DNA of 63,920 nt, the filler included, from Octopus bimaculoides (Eukaryota), in assembly GCF_001194135.2 (NCBI RefSeq). It is 4 parts of 4 records of this genome, joined end to end, with 100 filler letters (N's around TTAATTAATTAA, not from the genome) between each part and the next. Parts side by side here need not be neighbours in the genome. Positions count along the whole stretch, not along the records: positions 37,512 to 60,072 come from NC_068996.1; positions 60,173 to 63,920 come from NC_068982.1; 2 more parts are not named here. One strand, given 5' to 3'. A program made the translations under genes and the position numbers. This document shows, piece by piece, positions 54,731 through 63,920 of this stretch (positions within the stretch are counted from its first letter, which is position 1; each line of letters opens with the position of its first letter). The notes under the pieces are model-generated. The model was not told where the DNA came from. It saw only the letters and a program-made list of their open reading frames with translations, and did not search any database.

Positions 54731-54958
54731 GTAGTTTGTGCAGTAGACGTCACAATCTATAGTTTTCAGAGAGAGATATTATAGGGTGTAGTTTGTGGAG
54801 AGATATCACAATCTATAGTTTGTTGGGTAGATAATCACAATGCATAGTTTGTGGGGTAGATATCACAGACTGTAGTTTGCAGGGGAGTTATCACAATCTA
54901 TAGTTTGTGGGATAGGTATCACAGTGGATATGATTGTGGAAATCATATCACACTGTAT
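54731..54958. repeat. Diverged minisatellite, ~8 units of 27-29 bp (tagtttgtggggtagatatcacaatcta)
   Basis: Units start near 54731, 54760, 54789, 54816, 54845, 54873, 54901 and 54929. Confidence 0.85.
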
Positions 54959-55447
54959 AATTAGCAGACAAGTCTGATTTTAATGGGAGATGAATGGTGA
55001 ACATCACAGACAACAGTTGGAGGATGGAGGGAATTACAATTTGTAATTAGTTATGTGAATTGTAATTATTTATGTGGCTTGCAGGTGAGCAAGAAATATA
55101 GAAAGAGAAAAAAGAAAGGTATAAAAAAGAAAGGTAAAAAAAAAATATAAAAAATTTTTTAACAATAATATAGAAAATTTTTTTAACAATAACAGATTTT
55201 TTAAATATTTACAAAAAATACAGAAAAAAGAAACAGAAAATTAAAAATTAAATAACTTTTTTTTTTCCTCTTAAACATTGCTTATTGAAAAAAATGAAAA
55301 TAAAAGTATGTATGTGTATAGTGTACTTTTTTTTAAAGCTAACTCTACAGATATTCTACAGACATTAGAGCCAGTACAGATTTGTTATGACATTTTGTAT
55401 ATGAATACATCTATGTAAACAATGCAATCGAAGATAGAAAAATAATA

Positions 55448-55500
55448 GGTGTATATATGCATATTTCAAGAGTTATTGCTCCTTCATCAGTATCACATCC
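55448..55500 (-). ncRNA. Minimal type I hammerhead ribozyme, monomer 1
   Basis: Minus strand: ggatgtgata CTGATGA aggag-caataa-ctctt GAAA tatgcata TA tacacc; 5-bp stem II, palindromic stem III, weak stem I. Confidence 0.6.
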
Positions 55501-55840
55501 AACTCATTAACCATCCATGAACACATTGCTTAAACAGACACCAAATTTAACAGTGTAACACAATTGAATATACCAATTTTACATATTAAACACAGTCTTG
55601 GAAACTGGTTCATACATATTAATTGCTGGTAGGGACACTGTATTTCTTTTTGTGACCATAATATTCTACAAAGTATATTAAAGGCAAAACTTCTACAAAG
55701 TATATTACAAGTCAAAACTGTACCCCTCCTGTGTTAGCAGTGCTATCGACTTTTAAAGTTATCTCTACAGCACTGATTTGTTGTGACATTTTATATACAT
55801 CTATGTAAACAATGGGATCACTGATAGAAAAATAGTTAAT

Positions 55841-55892
55841 GGATATATATGCATATTTCAGAAGTTATTGCTCCATCGTCAGTATCACATCC
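55841..55892 (-). ncRNA. Minimal type I hammerhead ribozyme, monomer 2
   Basis: Minus strand: ggatgtgata CTGACGA tggag-caataa-cttct GAAA tatgcata TA tatcc; the only core change is at the free position N7; stem I gata/tatc. Confidence 0.6.
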
Positions 55893-56159
55893 ACAAACGC
55901 ATAGTTTAAATAGCCACTAAATTTAGTGATGTAACACAATTGGATATACCAATTTTACATATTAAACACATTCCTGGAAACTGGTACATACATATTAGTT
56001 GGTGACAGGGACACAGTATTTTGCTTAGCAACCATAACATTCTAAAAAGTGTACTAAAGGCTTATAAATCAATACTGTGTCCCACCTGTGTTAGCGCAGT
56101 ATTGACTTAAAAGCTTCTAATGTACTTGATAGTATATTATGGCTGTATAATGAAATAGT

Positions 56160-56493
56160 GAAGGTGCATGGCTCACTGGTTAGAGTGTCAAGCTTACGAT
56201 CGTGAGGTTGTTAGTTTGAATCCCAGACTGGGCTGTATGTTGTGTTCTTGAGCAAGACACTTTATTTCACGTTGCTCCAGTTCACTCAGCTGTAGAAATG
56301 AATTGCGGCATCACTGGTGCCAAGCTGTATCGGCCTTTGCCTTTCCCTTGGGTGACACTGATGGCATGGAGAGGGGAGGCCAGTATACATGGGCGACCGC
56401 TGGTTTTCCATAAACAACCTTGCCCAGACTTGTGCCTGGGAGGGTAACTTTCTAGGTGCAATCCCATGGTCATTCATGACCGAAGTGGGTCTC
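56160..56493 (+). mobile_element. tRNA-derived SINE family B copy
   Basis: Colinear with 46550-46842 over ~290 bp. Confidence 0.8.
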
Positions 56494-57246
56494 AGCATAA
56501 TGAAATATGATGTCCTACCAGCAATAAATATAATGTAATCTTTTGTTATAGGTAGGATCAATGAAAAAGCTCTCCATCCAATAAACGATAACTATCATTT
56601 TGAGCCTGAAAGATTGTAGGATAATACACAGTACATTAATTAGATGAACTACACAAACTCATCCAATTAATGTACCACCAGCATATGAAACTTATGGTGG
56701 CACTCTGTCAGTTACAATGATGAGGGTCCCAGTTTATCTGATCAACAGGATAGCATGTGAAATTAACATGCAAGTGGCTAAGTACTCCACAAACATGTGT
56801 ACCCTTAACATAGTTCTTAGGGAGATTCAGTGTGACACAGATTATGACAAGGCTGGGCCTTTGAAATATAGGTTCTACTCATTTTTACCAGCTGGGTGGA
56901 TTGGAGTAATGTGAAATAAAGAGTCTTGCTCAAGGACACAATACACCACCAGGAACTGAACTCATGAACTTACAATCATGAGCCAAATACCTTCACCACT
57001 AAGCCATGCACCTTCACAGAACATATGGCAGCTCACATTAAAATCCTGTGTTTATTTGGATGATATATAAGAAAAGGAGGAAGAAATTATATAAGGAAAA
57101 CAAAACAAATAAAGAAGAAAGAGTAATAAAAAAAAATTAAAGATAATGAGCTATAAAAGACAGGATGGTCACGACTGGAATGCAATGGTGAAAATAAATA
57201 AATAAATGAAATTTGAAGAGAGAGGAAAAAAGAGATGTGGACTTAC

Positions 57247-57319
57247 CTTTCTTGCACAGAAGACACAACAGTAGGAAGCAGATTGGTATGGTGTACAGTT
57301 GACAACAAATTTGTGGTTT
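57247..57319 (-). CDS. PDZD8: PDZD8-like exon: first half of the C1 domain (NHKFVVNCTPYQSASYCCVFCARK)
   Basis: Perfect donor AAG|gtaagt in phase 0 joins FCARK to IWMGRGF; acceptor tttcaatag| is less certain. Confidence 0.7.
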
Positions 57320-57501
57320 CTATTGAAATTCCAGATTTTGAAAAAAGATAAAAACAATACATATAATATATTTATACATCTAAACATACTTATATACCTT
57401 TATATATATCTGAACACATACATATATACACTAAAATGTACTAAGTATATATTCTGTCTTGCAGGTATCTTAGCCCTAAGATTAAGAATACCAGTACAAT
57501 G

Positions 57502-57547
<46 letters not shown>

Positions 57548-57632
57548 GTATAAAATAAATATATTTATTTCAAGCTGACATCCATATAACATTGATCATA
57601 TCACACCCTTAATTACATAAAAACAATTTATT

Positions 57633-57764
57633 TTCTTCACACTGATGAGAATAACAATGCATAACTTTAATTATAATTATTATTATAATTTTTTCTTAAA
57701 TATTTGTATTATCTTTTGAAATGTGCGTATGTATTGAATTCAATTTTGCATTAAATTCAATTTT
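57633..57764 (+). repeat. ~130-bp direct repeat, copy 1 (contains CTGATGA...GAAA)
   Basis: Nearly identical to 58415-58540. Confidence 0.9.
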
Positions 57765-58414
57765 GTTTTGTTTTGGTTTAATATGTGGTTTGTAGCCTGA
57801 TCCATTAAAAGAGGTTTTTCTTAAGAGTACTATGGGATCAATTAAATCCACATACTGTGCATGATATATATATGAACAATTCAAACTTTTTGAAGGATCC
57901 AAAAAGAGAGAAAAAATAATTTCCAATAAAAAATTCATCATATTCATAAAAATCAGCCAGAGCAAGTATTAAGAATATGAAAATAACAATTGAAAAAATT
58001 CATTATAGGTATAAAGATATTGAATCAATTTAAATATAGTTTTGTTATTTAGCTAAAAGCTTCTTGTAATATATTTTTTTCGTTTTCAATATAAATATGT
58101 ATATGTCTGACTCTCTATGGCTTTTTTCTGTTAGTGAACATGTTTATATCTGCTAGACACATGTTTTTGTTTACATCATGTTTCATTTTGACCTTTTACT
58201 ATTTTTTAAATATATCCGTTAAACTTTTTAAGTTATAGTTTTTTGCACAAATAGATTTGCATACACATCGATATGTCTCTCCTTTTCGTCTCTCTTATTA
58301 TTTTTCCCTTTTACAACTTGTTTGTAGATATCTAGTTTAATTTTTCCACATTACCCCATCTGTTTTTCCTTATTGAATTTTATTAATAACCTCTTTTGAT
58401 GTTCTTCCTAAAAA

Positions 58415-58540
58415 TTCTTCACACTGATGAGAATAACAATGCATGACTTTAATTATAATTATTATTATTTCTTAAATATTTGTATTATCTTTTGAAATGT
58501 GCGTACGTATTGAATTCAATTTTGCATTAAATTCAATTTT
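58415..58540 (+). repeat. ~126-bp direct repeat, copy 2
   Basis: Nearly identical to 57633-57764; offset 782 bp. Confidence 0.9.
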
Positions 58541-58602
58541 AACATATTTTCTCCATTTTTATTCTTGTTTATGGTATCTTTATAACTATAACGAATTTTT
58601 TC

Positions 58603-58656
<54 letters not shown>

Positions 58657-59647
58657 ACACGCACACACAAGAAATGGATAAAACGGGCTGTAATTTATTA
58701 GAACCCGTTTCCCTTTCTTATATAAATTTATATATCAGTTTTGTACTCACTATGGAGTTCTACACTTGTATCCAGCTCAAGGAATAACCCTGCTGTATGA
58801 TGGCATATGGTAGCCAATAACAGTACAAGAGCTTTTGAATACACATTACAAGGTTATTACCCAGATAATATTGAATATGTTTGTGCGTGTGTATAAACTG
58901 TTGATGTCATGAGATTTTATAAACTTTTAAATGAACATGAAAAAAATTCTTTATTGGAACAGTGGATCTTGAAATATATAAGGCTATGAATAATAGCATG
59001 TAAATATTTGGTTGGAAAAACCCTTTTGTATACAAAAAGTCGAAGGCTACTCATTGTATGTGAATTCATGTCTGCTGTTTCAGTCCCACAAGTAGCCTTT
59101 GACATCTTTTATCCAAAAGGGTTTTTCAACCTAATACTCACATGCTATTATTTATGCTTCGAGAGCCACTGTTACATGGACACACGCACACACACAGTAG
59201 TAAAGTATAATGCAAAGTAGCCTGCATCTCCTCTACAACAAAATATTTGTTCCTGTCCCTTGTGTCACACTTTAACCTCTCAACATATATCATAAAGCCA
59301 TCTACATCTCAGTCAAGGTGGTTGGGTGGGGGAGGGGGTAGTCTTGCAAAGTTACATAGCAACCTTACTAGTGTTAATGCCACACAAAAAAAGCAATAAA
59401 AAAAAGCACCTAGTACATTCTGGGAGAGCATCTAGCTATAGAATTCATACCAAAGCAGTCCATTGACATGGATTCTTGTCAAACCATCCAACCAACATGG
59501 AAGACGGACATATGATGATGATGATGATGATAACGATGTTGATATATCATCATTGTTTACTGTCCACTTTTCTATGCTTGCATATCTAAGAATTTAAGAC
59601 AGGTTTTCTACAGCTGGATGCCCTTCCTGTTGTCAACCNNNNNNNNN

Positions 59648-60072
59648 NAGAGAGACAGACAGACAGACACAGACAGACAGGCAGGCAGAAACAGACAGGC
59701 AGGCAAACAGACAGACACAGACAGACAGACAGGCAAACAGACGCAGACAGACAGACACAAACAGACAGACAGACAGACAGGCAGGCAGAAACAGACAGAC
59801 ACAGATAGACAGACAGATAGACGGACAGGAAGACACAGACAGGCAGACAGACGCGGACAGGCAGGCAAATAGACACAGACAAGTAGACAGACACACAAAC
59901 AGACACAGACCAGACAGGCAAGCAGACGGACAGGCAAGCAGACGGACAGGCAAGCAGACAGACAGGCAAGCAGACGGACAGGCAAGCAGACGGACAGGCA
60001 AGCAGACAGACACAAACAGGCAGGCAGACAGACAGACAGGCAGGCAGACAGACAGGCAGGCAGACAGACAGG
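59648..60072. repeat. Compound (AGAC)/(AGGC) microsatellite with a 16-bp higher-order unit (caggcaagcagacgga)
   Basis: Directly visible; flanked by gaps. Confidence 0.9.
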
Positions 60073-60116
60073 NNNNNNNNNNNNNNNNNNNNNNNNNNNN
60101 NNNNNNNNNNNNNNNN

Positions 60117-60128
60117 TTAATTAATTAA
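60117..60128. other. Artificial assembly spacer TTAATTAATTAA
   Basis: Same 12-mer embedded in Ns. Confidence 0.9.
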
Positions 60129-60172
60129 NNNNNNNNNNNNNNNNNNNNNNNNNNNNNNNNNNNNNNNNNNNN

Positions 60173-61072
60173 ACGTGACTAAGGGTACAAGTCATCACCA
60201 TACTAAAACTCACAACCCAATACAAATATGATAAACATGATGTCCTCTGGTATAACCCAATTCACGACTCACATATTTCAACGAAGATAGCTAGGGAAAT
60301 TTATGTCACTTTAGATAAATGCTTCCCAAAATCAAACACAAGCTATACTATTTTTAATAGGTATACTGTGAAGTATCATACGTAAATTCTACTAACTTAG
60401 AACAACAACTACGCCGCATTACCTACAGAAAATTAACCAACCATCGAATAAACCACCCACTGAGCCTCTAGTCTTCCGGTTCGACAAATAGAAAGGATAA
60501 CAAAGAACAAAATGTCAAGAAAATACCAACCAAAATGAGGAGTACTCAATGCGGCTACATCCGGATAACAAACATAAGGGTATAAACGACACGGTAACGG
60601 TGTCGGGAAATGAGATCAGCAGAGTTTCAAATGCAACTAAATCTAATAAATGCTCATGCAGAGAAAAAACGAAATGTCCATTGATGACCCTCTGTATGAG
60701 TACAAATGTTGTATATAAGTGCACCGTACACACAAGGGGCGAGCCCTCTGTTTAGATGGTGCAACGGCTGATTCTTTCAAGAACTGATATCGAAACCATG
60801 TCACCAGCTTATGAAATCACCAAGAGACATTCAACATTTTTCGGCTGATTTTGTGGCATAAGATTAAATACGAAATTAAATATAATCTCAGTTTGTCCAT
60901 AATAAAACATGCACAACTGTACAATGTTTTTTCTAGTAGATGCAGACTGAGCTCTGCGGAATCGCTATCCATTTTGTGGACCAATGAGAAGTTCATTAAT
61001 AGAATTTCTGAAGGATTATCAAGATACTTGCATGCTTCTAAGAGTACTTTCGTACAATACAGTGCGCATTAA
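60173..61072 (+). mobile_element. Degenerate Penelope-like retroelement (RT C-terminal region plus GIY-YIG endonuclease)
   Basis: VLWYNPIHDSHISTKIAREIYVTLDKCFPKSNTSYTIFNRYTVK; CSCREKTKCPLMTLCMSTNVVYKCTV; RCRLSSAESLSIL...FINRISEGLSRYLH correspond to PLE motifs WFNPPY...FNRNTVK, CNC...CPL...VIY and CxLCxxEK..IL...LN.RSE..S.C.H. Confidence 0.85.
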
Positions 61073-61814
61073 TTAGAGTAATCGTCGACTAAATTAATAA
61101 CCGCACTTCACCTAAACGTATAGATGAATAACTGTAACTTCCCCATTCTTAAAAAAATAATGCCACACTAGTTGCCAACCTCACTTGGATTCCCCTTGGT
61201 CATTGTATACCGCTTAAAGTGAGAAAAATACCAACTTTAGTCTCTCAATAAGTATCGCTCACCGTGGGATAAAAGCTCAAAAATCCTACGCTTATCTACA
61301 CTGATGATCCTTACACACTCATTGATGCTTTCTACAGACTATCGATTATTTTATTAGTCCTTCAAAGAATACGCATCTACTATGTCGGTATTTATGTCTG
61401 TGTACAACTCCTATGAGTATACCAGCCAGACCCAATGAACCGCACAACAGAATCTGTGATTCCTCACCAAGCGGAGTCCTATCACTAGCAGATAATAGGT
61501 AATGACTTTATTAATATCTACTTAATTCCGTGAGTATATATGAGCCAAAACGCGCGTATGTGCTTGTATGTGCGTCTGTGTTTGTACGAGCGAGTGTACA
61601 TGCGCCAGACCACGTATGTGTGGGCGTTTATACATCTATATCTACTAACGGTTATATCTAATAGCTTTTTCACTGTATTGTGTATTTGTTTCTTTTTGTA
61701 TCTGATATTTGTTATGGGTCTTCTATAAATATGAAGCTGTATGCCTCAATTTACCATTTATATAAGACCAAGAAGATATCTTACGTAGCAGAGTTTTTAT
61801 TATTTTCTTTTTAT

Positions 61815-62120
61815 TATTTTCTTGACATTTTGTTCTTTGTTATCCTTTCTATTTGTCGAACCGGAAGACTAGAGGCTCAGTGGGTGGTTTATTCGATGGT
61901 TGGTTAATTTTCTGTAGGTAATGCGGCGTAGTTGTTGTTCTAAGTTAGTAGAATTTACGTATGATACTTCACAGTATACCTATTAAAAATAGTATAGCTT
62001 GTGTTTGATTTTGGGAAGCATTTATCTAAAGTGACATAAATTTCCCTAGCTATCTTCGTTGAAATATGTGAGTCGTGAATTGGGTTATACCAGAGGACAT
62101 CATGTTTATCATATTTGTAT
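61815..62120 (-). repeat. Inverted duplicate of the Penelope-like segment 60220-60525
   Basis: 306 bp, apparently identical reverse complement; abuts an N gap. Confidence 0.9.
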
Positions 62121-62347
62121 NNNNNNNNNNNNNNNNNNNNNNNNNNNNNNNNNNNNNNNNNNNNNNNNNNNNNNNNNNNNNNNNNNNNNNNNNNNNNNNN
62201 NNNNNNNNNNNNNNNNNNACGTTTAATAACCACTGCGCCCTTTGATTTTAAATTGCGTCTAGCCACCTTAATTATATATAGTCGATTCAAACATGAACAA
62301 GCAAGAATAAACACGAAAAAACAACGCGAGGACGTGGAATAAGTACA

Positions 62348-62401
62348 GTCTCCTCGGGTGATTTCAATAGGTATCTACCTATTGAAATCACCCGAGGAGA
62401 C
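62348..62401. other. Perfect 54-bp palindrome (26-bp arms, 2-nt spacer)
   Basis: gtctcctcgggtgatttcaataggta-tc-tacctattgaaatcacccgaggagac. Confidence 0.95.
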
Positions 62402-62525
62402 ATCTCCACCAACAGATATACCTAAGTCAGATGTTCAATCTCCCATCTGCGAGGGATCGATGCTAGATGGGTTGAAACAATTGTAGTGATCAATATTCAC
62501 ATGTTTGCCATCTTTCATCTATCTC

Positions 62526-62572
<47 letters not shown>

Positions 62573-62650
62573 ATATGCACATATATATATATATATAATA
62601 TACATATATACACACACACACATATATATAACCACATATATAGACATATA

Positions 62651-63920
62651 CAGGGTGCGATGGGTAAATTGTTGCTATTTTATATTTTTAATTTCGTGCA
62701 TGTGCATTGTGTGTTTTTTAGTTTGTCGACTACACAGTATAGTAGGGTTAGTTGAACACCGTCCGTGAGAAAAACAGCACCATGACGCAATTCACTCTGC
62801 CAGAAATTTGGAAACGACATGCTGTACTGCTTGGCATTCGCGACGGAAGCTCCAATACAAACATTTCAGAGTGTTTGGGTGTCAATCTGAGGACAATGCA
62901 GAGGATTCGGAAAGCGTTGGATGAGTCTAATGGTGATTACAAAGGTAGGGCAGCTCGGAAAACTCACTCTGATCGTTCTGATAAGAAAATGACTCCTGAA
63001 TTTGTTGGTGGGATCCAGGCCTGATTAACAACGATCCCTATAAATCAATCAAGTCTATCACCAGGGGCAGGGGAGTGTCTGATTTTCTTATCAGGCAGGT
63101 AGTGCATGAAGGCATTCGGTATTCCTCATACAAGATGAGAAAGGTCCAATTTTTATCTCAAGCCATCTAGGACAAGAAGAAAGACAGCACTACAAAGCTT
63201 TTGACAAACTCAAGCATTCTTTACAGCGGAACATGCTTTGGTCATTCTCTGACGAAAAACATTTTCTGCCAGAATCAGATGGTGAGCACACAGAACAACC
63301 GTTGGCTTACCGTTTCTCCAAAACATGTACCGAAAGTGATAAAAATCAAACATTAATCAGCATCATGGGGTTTGGAGTGATCACTAGTAATGGCGACGTT
63401 ATGCCTCCATTCATCTTCTCACACTGCCTCAGACTCAACACGGGAGCCTACATGAAGTGCCTGGAGGAGGAAGTGGTACCCTGGGTCAAGAGGGTAGTTG
63501 CTGGAAGACCTTATGTCTATCAACAGGACTGTGCACTATGCCACACAAGCAGGAGAACCCAGTCATGGCTGTCAGACAATTTCTGCGACCTCATCACCCC
63601 TAACATCTACCACTTAACTCCCCAGACTGCCACCCCTTTGATTACACTGTGTAGTGCGCAGTTCAGCGAGAGACCAACAAAACTCCTTGTTACACCAAAG
63701 ATGAACTGAAGGCAAGGATTATGGCAGCGTTCACCAAATTAAAAAAAGGAGACCGTTCAGAAGAGTTGCAGGGGATTCCTAAATTATCTGGAGACCGTGG
63801 TTGACGCCCATGGCAATTTTATTGAATAAATTTACTCTTTAGCATTTCGACATATTTTTATGTAATTTTGGTAAATATATCTGTTAAAATGAGATGTCAG
63901 TGTTGCTTTCATTTTTGTGT
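62651..63920 (+). mobile_element. Tc1/mariner-superfamily transposon, DD37D (maT-like), inactive; transposase pseudogene ~62782-63829; right end lies beyond the window
   Basis: Starts TA|CAGGGTG; motifs WSFSDEKHF, IMGFGVITSNG, YVYQQDCALCHTSRRTQSWL, then (after a frameshift) NSPDCHPFDY; 37 residues between the QQD and FDY aspartates once the frameshift is corrected. Confidence 0.85.

Larger units (their letters stand above)
55325..56120 (-). repeat. Tandem repeat of two diverged ~390-bp monomers plus a short third start, each carrying a hammerhead motif (non-LTR retrozyme-like)
   Basis: Colinear shared blocks (atacatctatgtaaacaatg; gcatatttca..agttattgctcc; ataccaattttacatattaaacaca; ctgtgttagc); equivalent positions are 392 bp apart. 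Confidence 0.85.

Noticed and set aside
1-63920. CRISPR arrays, rRNA genes, prokaryotic operons
   Set aside because: No repeat-spacer arrays or rRNA signatures; the sequence is intron-rich eukaryotic DNA.

Overview
AT-rich, microsatellite-saturated animal genomic DNA from a gapped draft assembly. The repeat landscape suggests a coleoid cephalopod such as Octopus (inference). Three artificial N-TTAATTAATTAA-N spacers (26380, 37456, 60117) split the window into segments that may not be truly adjacent. The only confidently recognisable host gene is four minus-strand exons (49173-57319) of a PDZD8-like protein: a C1 domain plus its downstream linker. Two unrelated signal-peptide-like first exons are weaker candidates (6282 on +, 36268 on -). 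Mobile DNA includes decayed mariner, Tc1 and maT-like transposons, a CR1-like LINE 3' fragment, a Penelope-like (GIY-YIG) remnant with an identical inverted copy, a MITE and several SINE families. The most notable signal is a group of type I hammerhead-ribozyme folds in and near the PDZD8 locus. Two lie in a ~392-bp tandem repeat (retrozyme-like, sense to PDZD8), one lies inside a TIR-bounded MITE-like element, and a degenerate pair lies in 782-bp-spaced direct repeats. All calls were made by eye; no searches or folding programs were run.
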